Source of the DNA: Prasinococcaceae sp. CCMP 1430
Lineage: Eukaryota; Plantae; Prasinodermophyta
Direction of reading: 5' to 3'
Assembly (NCBI GenBank): GCA_013416795.1
Contig: RQSC01000525.1
Coordinates: forward strand, 2,812-66,811
DNA: 64,000 nt
A program made the position numbers and the translations under genes. Of the stretch, positions 54,688-64,000 are shown one piece after another (positions within the stretch are counted from its first letter, which is position 1; each line of letters starts with the position of its first letter). The notes under the pieces were generated by a model. The model saw only the letters and a program-made list of their open reading frames with translations, had not been told where the DNA came from and searched no databases.

Positions 54688-56605
54688 TCAGGCCGCCGCG
54701 CTCGCCACCGAGAAGGCGACGCTGCCGTCGGCGCGGCTGAGCTCGGCGGAGACGCGCAGCGCCTCGGCGCCGCTGGCGGTCTCGTGCAGCACGATGGCGG
54801 CGTGCCGCTCGAAGGCGCGCAGCGCGGCCCGCGCGCGATCGGCGGCGGCCTCGTCGATGCCTCCCTGTGCGAGCACGGAGTCGCCCGCGTCGTCCCACTC
54901 CACCCAGAGCGCGATGCAGTCCGCGGGCGCGGACGGTTGAAGGACGGCCTCCCCGGCGAGCGGCGGCGCCAGCACGTCCCACCAGCCGTCGCTCCCTCCG
55001 GCGACGTCGTCGTGGACACCCGTAGAGTGCTCCACGTCGGGGTCGAGCGTGAGCACCGTTCGAGGCGCGCCGGCGAGCTCGCACGAGGGGAGCTGCCAGA
55101 GCGCGACCGGGAGCGGCGCGGACGTGGCACCATCCGTCGCCGCGCCAATGACCTCGTTAGCAGAGCTGAGGTCGGGCCCGCCGCGCAGCGGACCCTCGCG
55201 GTCGATGCCCGGGGCGCCCGCCGCCTCCATGGGAGCGCGGCTGCGCTTGAGCGCGGGGGCGCGCACGGGCGCTGCCACCACTCGGGCGCGGCTCCACGCC
55301 CGCGATGGCGCCTGCCCCTGGCCCTGCCCATCCCCACCCGCATCCTCGACGCGCGCATGCGCGCCACCGTCGCTCTGCTGAGCACCGCTGCGCAGCGCGA
55401 CGGTGGCCTCGTACCACCAACGCAGCGCGTGCCGCCACGGCGCGCCGCCCGCGGCGTCCCCGAAAGTCGGTCCGCGACGTAGCGCGCCGTCTCCAGCCGC
55501 TCCGCCGGCGGCACGCGCCAATCTGTCGTGCATGGCGTCGAGCGACAGCCGCGCCGGCTCGCCAGCCTCGCAAGCGAACCCCTCCGCGCTGAGCTCGCTC
55601 AGTCGCTTGGCGTCCGGGGCGTCTGCTGCCGCAGCCGCGAAGTGCAGCACGATCTCGCCGTGCGCGGCGAAGACGGTGAGCGTCTCGCCGCTTGGCATCA
55701 AGAGTCCCCCGCCTGTGTCGCCGCCGTCAAAGAGGAAGACTTCCTGTTTCCAGTGGTCGACGTAGCTCGCCTCCCAGCCCGCTTGGTCGCCGCCCTCGTC
55801 CGGCGGGTGCATCGAGTACGTCACCTGCTCGTCGCCTAGGAAGTCGAGCTCGAACCAGACGACGAGTGCGTCGACCCGCCCGCCGCGCTCGAGGACGAAG
55901 TCCACGGCGTTCGGGGCATCATGCACGAGCACGCCATCAGCAGCCCTGCCGGCGCCGCCATCGGCAGCGCGCTTGCCGTCGCACGCCGCGCCTGCGTCGG
56001 CGACGTCGGCGGCCTCGAAGTCGAACCGCAGCAGCGGGCGCGGTGCGGCGAGCGCTGTCGCGCCTCCGGGCAGCCGCTGCCGCGCCGCCGCCCAGTGCAG
56101 CGCGACCACCTCCGCCGCGGCTGCCGATGATGCGGCCACCGGTGCGCCCCCAGCCTCGACGGACGGCGCGCACGGCGCCGCCACGCGCCGTAGCGCAGCG
56201 CACTCGACCGGCATCCCCCACACCGTCGCCACCGCGGGCACCACGACTGCGTCCGGCGCCAGCAGGCGCTCGCGCGCGTCGCGCAGGCTCGGAATGACGC
56301 CCTCGCCCAGCAGGCCCGAGTCCAATATCTCCGACACGAGCAGATCGTAGCGGTCGGCCGCCGTCGCTGCCTCGGTGGACGCCGCGCCACCTCCAGCTGC
56401 GGCGCGCGGCCGCAGCGGCAGCTCGTCCGAGCGGATCGCGTGCAGCGACACGGGATCGCCCAGCAGGCCGTTGCGCCGCAGCACGCCCTCAGCGGCGGCG
56501 GCCATGGGCGGGTGCAGCTCACACGCGTCGATGCCAGCGAGCGGCGTGCCGGCGGCGCGCGCCGCAAGCGCCGCGAGGCTCGCGAGCAGGCCCGTGCCCG
56601 TGCCG
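54688..56605 (-). CDS. PRMT7: Protein arginine N-methyltransferase 7-like; 5' end in gap 56606-56863
   Basis: GTGTGLLA (motif I), ACELHPPMA, LVSEILDSGLLGEG (double-E loop), DALVVWFELD, DHWKQ; degenerate second module follows. Confidence 0.8.
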
Positions 56606-56974
56606 NNNNNNNNNNNNNNNNNNNNNNNNNNNNNNNNNNNNNNNNNNNNNNNNNNNNNNNNNNNNNNNNNNNNNNNNNNNNNNNNNNNNNNNNNNNNNNN
56701 NNNNNNNNNNNNNNNNNNNNNNNNNNNNNNNNNNNNNNNNNNNNNNNNNNNNNNNNNNNNNNNNNNNNNNNNNNNNNNNNNNNNNNNNNNNNNNNNNNNN
56801 NNNNNNNNNNNNNNNNNNNNNNNNNNNNNNNNNNNNNNNNNNNNNNNNNNNNNNNNNNNNNNNGCCCGCGCGCAGAGTGGCAGCAGGCGCGTATGCGCGC
56901 GCGCGCGCCGGCGCACGCGAGAAATTGTGTTACCTGCGGCGGCGGCGGCGCGGCGGCGCTCCGGCGCCGCCACG

Positions 56975-59900
56975 CTACTCAGCGGCGGGGACGCCGCCCG
57001 CCTCGAAGACGAGCTCCTCGCCCACCTTTGAAAAGAACGCCGCGAGCGCGGCGCGCACGTCGGCGTCGGCGTGCTCGCTGCGGACGAGCGCGCAGGCGCG
57101 CGCAAACACCGCCGGGAGCGCCACGCGCTTGAAGTCGGCCGCGGGGAGGCCAGCCAGCGTGCTGAGCGCGCTCGACACGAGCGGCGAGCGGGCCATCAGC
57201 TGCATGCGGGCGGCACCGTCGAGCATGGCGCCGTCGTCAGGCGAGCCAGGGACGGCCGCGAGGTAGCCGTCCATGACTCCGGCGCACAAAGGTACCAGCG
57301 CGTCGGGCTCGTCCACCAGCGCGCGCAACAGGGTGGCGTTAGCCTCCATCTCCAGGCCGAGGTCGCCAGAGGCGGCGCCGCGCTCGACAGCGGCGGCGAG
57401 CGCCTCGCGCAAAACCTCACGCGCGTCGGCCGTGCGCGCCAGATCGTGCAGCGTCCCCGCAGCGCCCACCAGCAGCACGCCCGAGGCGGAGCTCGCGTCG
57501 TGGCCCGCATCGCTCGAAGCGAGCCACGCGTTCGTCAGCGCACGAACCACCGAGCGCCACTCCTCATCGCCGAGCTTGTCACCGGCACCCTCAGCGAGCG
57601 TGACGAAACCCTCAACGCCGAGTTTGGTGCACGCGGTGCTGGCGCGCTGGCGTCCGCTCACGAAGTCCACCAGCAGATCGAGCACGCGCGGCAGCAGCTG
57701 CTCGGCGCACACGTCGTAGAACCGCACGAAAAGGTCCACGAGCAACGGCAGGCAGTCCAGCGCGCGCTCGCCGCCGCCGCCCCGCTCCTCGTCGAAAATC
57801 GGAAAGACCACCGAAGAGAACACGCGCTCCCAGAATGCCGGAGTGAACATGTGCCCATGGAAGCGCAGCGTATCGAAGAGCACTTCGCGCGCGCCGCGCC
57901 GCACGTCCGGGCGCTCGTCCTGCACGAGCTCGCCCAGCCCCGCGAGCAACGGGAACCAAAAGTGCGAGTGGCTCTCCGCGAGCTCCTCTTGCTGCTGCTG
58001 CTGCTGCTGCTGCTGCCGCTGCGCCTCCTGCTCCTGCTGCTGCCCGCCGGCCTCGGCGCTTGCCGCCGCACCGCCGCCACCGTCTGCGCCGCCCACGTCG
58101 CCGCCACCGGCGGCCTCGTGCGCGCCGGGCAGGCCCTCCGCGAGCTTCAGGGCACAGAAGCGCAGGAATGCGATGGCGTTGAGGCTCACCTCGGTCGTGA
58201 GCGGCGAGTTGGTGAACGCGATGAGACAGTTGACGCAATCCGTGAACGTGGTGGCCTCCGTCTCGGTGATGTACCCGAAGCTCTCGCGCACGATTCGCTC
58301 GATCGTCTCGAAGGCCAACTTGACGATCGCACGATTCTCGTCGGTCGCCGCCGTGGTGAACACCATGAACATGCTCTTCCAGCCCGAGCTCACGTTGTCC
58401 ACGCGCGCCTGGATCATCTGGCTGAGGCAACGGATGATGAGCTCCCGTATCTCTGGACTGCGCGACCGCCGCATGATGATCACGAAGGGCTTCAGGAAGT
58501 TGTCCTGGAAGGAGAACATTGCCATCTCGTCCTTCTCCAGGAACTTCATGCTCAGCTGGCGCAGCGAGTCGATCGCGTACATGGCCACCTGCAGGTTCTC
58601 GTGGCAGCCGACCGACACAAAGTACTCCGCCAGCACGCCCCATATGCGGCTCCACACCAGCCTGATGCGCGTGCCGATGTTGAAATACGAAATCTCCACC
58701 ACCTTTTGCAGGCTGAAGATGCGAGGCCGCGAGGTGTTGCGGAGCTCCTCGAGGGAGACCTTGCAGAGGGCATCCACGAAGTCCACCACGGCATCGCCGT
58801 CGAGCCGCGCGCTGCCGACGAAAACCCTGTCGAGGGAGTCAGCCTCGAGCCCCGCCAGGACACCGCGCAGGCGCGCCGCCCCAGCAGCATCCTCTATCGA
58901 GCTCAGCTCGCCGTCGCGCATGGCCGAGCGAGCCCCGCTGCGCAGGCCGCCGAAGCGAGCGCCGCTCTTGCCCGGCGGCACCGCGCCGCCCTTAGCCGTG
59001 CCGAAGAGGCTCGCGTCTGTCATGGCGCCGTCCGCCACCATGAGCAAGTGTGCAAGCCTGCTCACGCACTTCAGCACCTGCGCCCACGTGCTGCCCAAGT
59101 AGTCTCCGTCCTGCTCGACGATCTCAAGCATGGTGCGAATAGCGTTCACGTTGTGCACATTCATGTGCGAAGGCTCGTGCAGGTAGGTGAACTTGGCGAG
59201 CGCGGTGATGAAGGCATCCCGCACGGTCTCCATCCCCAGCACAGCGGCCATGCGCACCGCCGCGCGCGTGCACTGCAGGAGAAGCTGTGGATCGTAGCTC
59301 GCCGCTCCTGACGCACTGCCGTCGGATGCACCCTCGAAGCCCAAGGACAGCGCCGCGAGCAGGGGTGGCCACACCGCCTCGAGCATGGGGCGAGCGACAG
59401 AGGGGTCGTGGCAACTCACGAACTCGTTCTCCGAGTTGCTCTGCGCATCCTCCAGGCGCTCCTGGATGTTGCGTATGGCGTTCTCGTCCAGTCCCGCACC
59501 GCCGACGGTGTGCCGTCGCGTGCCGACCAGCCCCATGAGCATGTCGTTGAAGCTGCTGAGCGCGCTGACATTGGCGCCCTTGGCATTGTCCGCATCGGCG
59601 GTTGCCTGCGCGTCGCCGGGGTTGGCGTCCTTGAGCTTGATCTCGTTGGTGGTGATTCGGTCGTATATCTCGCCCAAGAACTCGGGAGTCAGCTCGCCCT
59701 CCTCGCCGACACCCCGATTGTTCTTGAGGAAGCCCTCCTTAGTCATCTTGTTCTTCACCTGCGGGTTGTGCGCGTCGGTGTTGAGCATGATGACGCTGTA
59801 CGCCAGCACGTACGCCGTGTCTGCGCTCCGAAAGCGCCCGGGAGTCTGTAGGCAAAAGCGCTCTGCGAACTTCTCCATGAGCCTGTCGATCTTCTGCGCC

Positions 59901-62320
59901 TCGCCCGGGAGACGAAAGTCCAACAGGAAGTGGCGAATCGCGTCGTCGAATACCATGCCGGTGAAATCAAGCGCGTCGACGTACGCATGCATCACTTTGA
60001 GGCTATCCTCGGCATTCTCACCCAGGTAGTCGCCGATCATGGTCTTGTCCAGGCCCGCAGCGACACCCGACTTGAGGAAGGCCGCGATCTCCGCTGGGCT
60101 GCTGCCAATCTTGCCGCGCTCGATCATAAAAGCGATGCCTTTCTTGGGCTTCTTGTTGAAGAGTGTCACGCCCTCCTGGAACTCGAGCTTGTCACGCTTC
60201 TGTTGCTCGATGGAGCTCTGCGCGGAGGTGGCGTCTGGCGGCGACGCTGGCCCCTCCACGTGACCGTTTCGTCCGACGTCCCCACCCCCCTGCGCGCTCG
60301 CGCCTTCCCCAGACTCACCGCCGGCAGCGCCAGTGTCGGTCTCGGCCACTGGCGCGCTATCAGGGCGTTGCGCGTGTGACTCCTCCGAGTCGGAGTCCTC
60401 GGTGCCTCCCTCGGCATCCGCTGGTACTGCGTCGCCGCCAGGTGCCCTGCCACCTGCATCAACCCAGTTGCAAAGCTCGGACAGAACGTCGCGCAGCGCG
60501 GTAGCGGCGCTCGCCTTCAACATGGCCTCCTGCTGCGCGGTCAGACCGCCCTGCGCGCCACCCGGGCCGCTGCCCTGCACGAGCCTGATGAGAGCCGCCA
60601 CGAACCGCTCGAAAAGGTTCGATCCCTCCCGATCGCAGTCGTAGTTGACGAAGAGGTCCACGAGCATCTGCGGATCGCGAGCGAGCACGCCGGCGCCGTT
60701 GAGAACCACGGAGCGCAGCGCGAACGAGGGCGGCGCAGCGCCGGTCTGCCCATCGAGCACGCGCAGCATGATCATTGGGAAGAAAACGCCCACCTCCGCC
60801 TTGAGCCTGTCGCGAAACCTCGCGCACAGCGTGAGGAAGATCGAGCACGTAAGCTGGAAGACACCCAGCACGGGGCTCGAGCAGTTTTTGAGCAAGCTCA
60901 GGCAGAGGTACTGCCGGATGGCGCCCACGAAGCGGTCGGAGGTACAGAACGTCGGCCCCGCATTCTCGAGCAGCAGCTTGAGCAGCGCAAGCGACAGGGT
61001 CTTCCCGCGGATGGATGCCGCGTCGGGCTTGTCAGGCAACGCCTTCATGGACAGCTTGCAGAGCGCACGGAAGACAAGGTAGGCGTCGCGCGCGAGGAGC
61101 GGCATCGCCTCCAATCGCGCGCGGGGCGCCTCTGTGCTGCCACCGACGGCATCGCTTGCGCCGCCATTCCCCTCGCCGACCTCGTCTGCAGCCTGCGGCT
61201 GCTCGTCTCGCCGACCCAGGTTCAGCACGGCGTCGCCGCGGTCGGCGTCCTCATCGCCCGCCGCCGCCGGCGCAGGCGGCGGCGACGGTCGGAACGAGAA
61301 ACGGCGGGGCTTCTGCGGTGCAGGGGTGGCCACTTCCGCAGCGCTCGGAAACGCCGCCTCCGCCTCCCCATCTGCGAGCTCGGTGTCGGCGCTAATGGAA
61401 GGCCGCCGCAGCGTGAGACCCTCGAATGAGGCCGCGACGTCGCCGAGGAATGCAGAGACGCTGTCGGCGACGGAGGGCGCGGCCTCGATCGGGCCCAGCT
61501 CCAGCGCAGCGGCGTCCACGCTGGTGAGCGGCAGCGTGCCCGAGTCCGCCTCCATGCGCGCGAAGACCATGTTGAGCATCTGGCTGAGCGAAGCCTTGGC
61601 CGTCTGCTGGTTCACCTCGCTCTTCGAATTCAGGTAGATGTGGTAGCACGTGCGCACCGAGCGCAGCAGCCAGTCGCCGTGCACGTGCAGCGTGGTGCTC
61701 GTCACGGCGGTCAGCAGGCAGCGCATCACGGGCAGCTCGCACTGCTCCTCTCCCGCGTCGTACGACGCGCACACGGCCTCGATGGCCTGCGCGCCCGCAG
61801 ATGTTGCACGCGACACGTCGCCGGCGAGCTCGCCGCGGGCGATCAGGGCGGAGAACGCCGCCACGCAGGCCTCGCGCACGCGCCAGGGGGACGCGCCATG
61901 CTCGGTGGGCGCGCACGCCCAACATAGCGTGGCGATCGCAGCGTTGCGCGCCTCGTCGAGCTGCGCGGCCGCGTCTGGGCCGGCGCCGGCGCCCCCCTCC
62001 GCGCCGTCGTCGCCAGCTCCTTGCGCGGCGTCAGGCGCAGGCTCCGGCGCGGGCTCGGCTGCCGCGTCCGGCGCCTCGGCGGCCGCATCACCGCCCCCTG
62101 CGGCCCCGTCCGCATCAGAGGCCTCGACGGAGCCACGATCGGGGCCGTCCTGCGCCGCGGGCGCTCCCGGCGCGTCGTCCGCTCCGTCGCCCCCTCTGCT
62201 GCGGTCGCCCCGGCCCTCGGCCGCGTCGTCGCCGTTCGACGTCTCCGTGCGGGGCGCGGGCTCGCTCGCCGCCGCGGCATCGCCGCCCGCGGCCCCCGCG
62301 GTCAGCTTCCCCTGTTTGGC
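56975..62320 (-). CDS. BIG: BIG-type (brefeldin A-inhibited) ARF guanine-nucleotide exchange factor, Sec7 family; 5' end beyond gap N62321
   Basis: DCB RTCYHIYLNSKSEVNQQTAKASLSQML; HUS LFVNYDCD; Sec7 FNKKPKKGI..GLDKTMIGDYLGE..FRLPGEAQKIDRLMEKFAERF..YVLAYSVIMLNTDAHN; HDS FSLQKVVEISYFN..YAIDSLRQLSMKFLE. Confidence 0.95.
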   Translation of the reverse strand, partial: AKQGKLTAGAAGGDAAAASEPAPRTETSNGDDAAEGRGDRSRGGDGADDAPGAPAAQDGPDRGSVEASDADGAAGGGDAAAEAPDAAAEPAPEPAPDAAQGAGDDGAEGGAGAGPDAAAQLDEARNAAIATLCWACAPTEHGASPWRVREACVAAFSALIARGELAGDVSRATSAGAQAIEAVCASYDAGEEQCELPVMRCLLTAVTSTTLHVHGDWLLRSVRTCYHIYLNSKSEVNQQTAKASLSQMLNMVFARMEADSGTLPLTSVDAAALELGPIEAAPSVADSVSAFLGDVAASFEGLTLRRPSISADTELADGEAEAAFPSAAEVATPAPQKPRRFSFRPSPPPAPAAAGDEDADRGDAVLNLGRRDEQPQAADEVGEGNGGASDAVGGSTEAPRARLEAMPLLARDAYLVFRALCKLSMKALPDKPDAASIRGKTLSLALLKLLLENAGPTFCTSDRFVGAIRQYLCLSLLKNCSSPVLGVFQLTCSIFLTLCARFRDRLKAEVGVFFPMIMLRVLDGQTGAAPPSFALRSVVLNGAGVLARDPQMLVDLFVNYDCDREGSNLFERFVAALIRLVQGSGPGGAQGGLTAQQEAMLKASAATALRDVLSELCNWVDAGGRAPGGDAVPADAEGGTEDSDSEESHAQRPDSAPVAETDTGAAGGESGEGASAQGGGDVGRNGHVEGPASPPDATSAQSSIEQQKRDKLEFQEGVTLFNKKPKKGIAFMIERGKIGSSPAEIAAFLKSGVAAGLDKTMIGDYLGENAEDSLKVMHAYVDALDFTGMVFDDAIRHFLLDFRLPGEAQKIDRLMEKFAERFCLQTPGRFRSADTAYVLAYSVIMLNTDAHNPQVKNKMTKEGFLKNNRGVGEEGELTPEFLGEIYDRITTNEIKLKDANPGDAQATADADNAKGANVSALSSFNDMLMGLVGTRRHTVGGAGLDENAIRNIQERLEDAQSNSENEFVSCHDPSVARPMLEAVWPPLLAALSLGFEGASDGSASGAASYDPQLLLQCTRAAVRMAAVLGMETVRDAFITALAKFTYLHEPSHMNVHNVNAIRTMLEIVEQDGDYLGSTWAQVLKCVSRLAHLLMVADGAMTDASLFGTAKGGAVPPGKSGARFGGLRSGARSAMRDGELSSIEDAAGAARLRGVLAGLEADSLDRVFVGSARLDGDAVVDFVDALCKVSLEELRNTSRPRIFSLQKVVEISYFNIGTRIRLVWSRIWGVLAEYFVSVGCHENLQVAMYAIDSLRQLSMKFLEKDEMAMFSFQDNFLKPFVIIMRRSRSPEIRELIIRCLSQMIQARVDNVSSGWKSMFMVFTTAATDENRAIVKLAFETIERIVRESFGYITETEATTFTDCVNCLIAFTNSPLTTEVSLNAIAFLRFCALKLAEGLPGAHEAAGGGDVGGADGGGGAAASAEAGGQQQEQEAQRQQQQQQQQQEELAESHSHFWFPLLAGLGELVQDERPDVRRGAREVLFDTLRFHGHMFTPAFWERVFSSVVFPIFDEERGGGGERALDCLPLLVDLFVRFYDVCAEQLLPRVLDLLVDFVSGRQRASTACTKLGVEGFVTLAEGAGDKLGDEEWRSVVRALTNAWLASSDAGHDASSASGVLLVGAAGTLHDLARTADAREVLREALAAAVERGAASGDLGLEMEANATLLRALVDEPDALVPLCAGVMDGYLAAVPGSPDDGAMLDGAARMQLMARSPLVSSALSTLAGLPAADFKRVALPAVFARACALVRSEHADADVRAALAAFFSKVGEELVFEAGGVPAAE

Positions 62321-63389
62321 NAGGCCCCTGTGCCGGTCCAAACCATAAAAGCAGCCAGAAAGACGCCAGCTAGAGAAATGAACAAAGGCGGGGCCAAGGC
62401 AAAGAAGGAGTGGCGCGCCCTGTCCGCGACGCCCCCAGGCAGACACTTTGCATGTTCACCCACCCTCTGCACCTGCCCCTCACCCCTGGCGCTCAGCAGC
62501 ACCGGCTGTTGCCGCCCTCGCCACAAAAAAAATGTTTTTTTTAAATAAAAATGACATACTTCCCGTGGGTACTGATACCATCAAAAATAGATTACATACT
62601 GTACAGTATGTATGTCCTTTTTTTTTTTAGGCGCGCGTGCCATCGCCGTCCGAATGCGTTCTGACGCGTCTTTTTCCGGCGCATTTGAGTATGATTTATT
62701 ATTTTAATTAAAATAAATTAAAATAAATCAAAAAGGGGGCCGGGGCGGTTGCGCGCGCGCTCGGGGAACTCCGCGGGCGTCGCCCGCGCGGACACACCGG
62801 GGTGTGCCGCGCTACACCGGGTGTGACCGCGCGCTCATCCGCGGGAAGACCCGGGATGGACGAGCGCTGACCCGTGGCATGCCACGGTCTGGCCGCCCGA
62901 GCGGGCTCTGCCGTCGCCGCGCGGCGGCGCTGCTGCGCTGCTGCGGTGCTGCGGGCCCGCACAGCCTGTGGGTGTGTGCCGTGCATGCGTTACGTGCGCG
63001 TCCGCGTACGCACGCCGACGTGCATCCAGGACTAGCCGTGTGGCCGTGTGGGCGTGTGGGCGTGATCTGCTGACTGATGGTGTTGTTGGTTGCACGGCGC
63101 GCAAGATTTGCGCGAGCGCGCCCGCGCGGGCGCGCGGGCGCGGACGAGACGGAACGCGCGCGAGCGCATGTGTGCGAGCGCGTGCGAGCGAGCGCGTGTG
63201 TGCGAGCGTGCACGAGCGCACGCGCGGGCGTGCGTGGGCGGGCGCGCGTGTGTCCGCGCTGGGAGGCGCGGCGCGCGCGTGCTGGCGCCGCAGCGCCACG
63301 CGACGGGGGAGCGTGCGCGCGCGCGCGTGCCGCCATTGGCGAGGCCGGGAGAGGGCTGCGCCAGTCTGCGAGCGGTTGGTACCCGGTCG

Positions 63390-63427
<38 letters not shown>

Positions 63428-63454
63428 GACATAACCACACACGCACCTGCGGCG

Positions 63455-64000
63455 ATGCGCGCGATGGCGCGTGGGGCGCGCGCGGCCCTCGCCGCCCCGG
63501 CGCTCGCTGCGCTCCTCGCGGCGGCGGCCCTGCGTGGCGCCTCCGCGGCCGCATGCACGTGCGCCGAGGTGGCCGAGCGCGGCACCATCGACGAGTGGTG
63601 CGCCGCCGAGCTGCGCGGCGGCGGGTGCTGCGACCCCGCCGGCCTCGGCGACACCACGTGGCAGGAGGCCGTGTGCGCCGCCGACGAGAAGCTGACGCGC
63701 GTCATCGAGGTGCCCGCGAGGCGCAACCCGCTCGACCGCAAGATGTACGACGGAGGATTCGACCCGGAGAGCAGGGACTACTGGGCGAGCCTCGCCGCGG
63801 TCAGCCTGCCCATGTTCGCCATCGCCGCCCTTGTCATCGTCGCCTCTGTCCTCACGCTCATTACGCGCCTCGTCATGATGCTCATGTGCTCAGAGAAGTG
63901 CGGCTTCTTCCTCAAGCCGCGCGAGGAAGGCTACTCGAAGGCGCCCACCTTCTTCCTCAAGCTCTTCCTGCTTGGGGCCGTCGGCATCGCCGCCATCGGC
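63455..64000 (+). CDS. Signal-peptide-bearing tweety-like multi-pass membrane protein (runs off the window end)
   Basis: Manually translated: MRAMARGARAALAAPALAALLAAAAL..RRNPLDRKMYDGGFDPESRDYWASLAAVSLPMFAIAALVIV..REEGYSKAPTFFLKLFL, resembling the recalled plant At2g12400/At1g71110-type motif RRDPL..YTGGWN..HYWASV..PLF.IAA..GYS. Confidence 0.6.
   Translation, partial: MRAMARGARAALAAPALAALLAAAALRGASAAACTCAEVAERGTIDEWCAAELRGGGCCDPAGLGDTTWQEAVCAADEKLTRVIEVPARRNPLDRKMYDGGFDPESRDYWASLAAVSLPMFAIAALVIVASVLTLITRLVMMLMCSEKCGFFLKPREEGYSKAPTFFLKLFLLGAVGIAAIG

Noticed and set aside
52318-59311. Large plus-strand ORFs (52318-54486, 57071-59311, 57843-59102)
   Set aside because: These are antisense shadows of the COG0523 and BIG genes, caused by GC-rich codon usage.

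Overview
Very GC-rich, gene-dense eukaryotic nuclear DNA with spliceosomal GT-AG introns and scaffold gaps. It is most likely an early-diverging green alga. The evidence is a plant-type RS splicing factor, a PTST-like CBM48 protein, MutS2, a GTE bromodomain protein, TMEM17, an NCKX exchanger and UGUAA-type poly(A) signals; the species cannot be fixed from sequence alone. About 28 protein-coding loci can be read: RNase HI, RPS17 and RPL27 head-to-head, a CBS/cysteine-synthase-like enzyme, ETFB and BCKDHA head-to-head, an RS-type SR protein, SYP6/STX6, NCKX, TMEM17, TRM2/TRMT2A, a DNL zinc finger, a MutS2 fragment, a CBM48 protein, a sulfotransferase-like protein, a LysM protein, a NEK kinase, a GTE bromodomain protein, a COG0523 GTPase, PRMT7, a BIG ArfGEF and a tweety-like protein. 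Most long entries in the ORF track are antisense shadows or microsatellite read-through. The standout is an accessory block at about 36.5-42.8 kb. It holds an NLR-like gene (putative MLKL/HeLo-like helical N-terminus, NB-ARC-type STAND NTPase, about 10 near-identical 42-aa TPRs with a few hypervariable positions). Directly downstream is a TPR-only array of about 16 related repeats that is frameshifted by a partial-repeat duplication and truncated mid-repeat. Other notable patterns are (TG)n...(CA)n self-complementary introns, duplicated bidirectional promoters, and several orphan exons.
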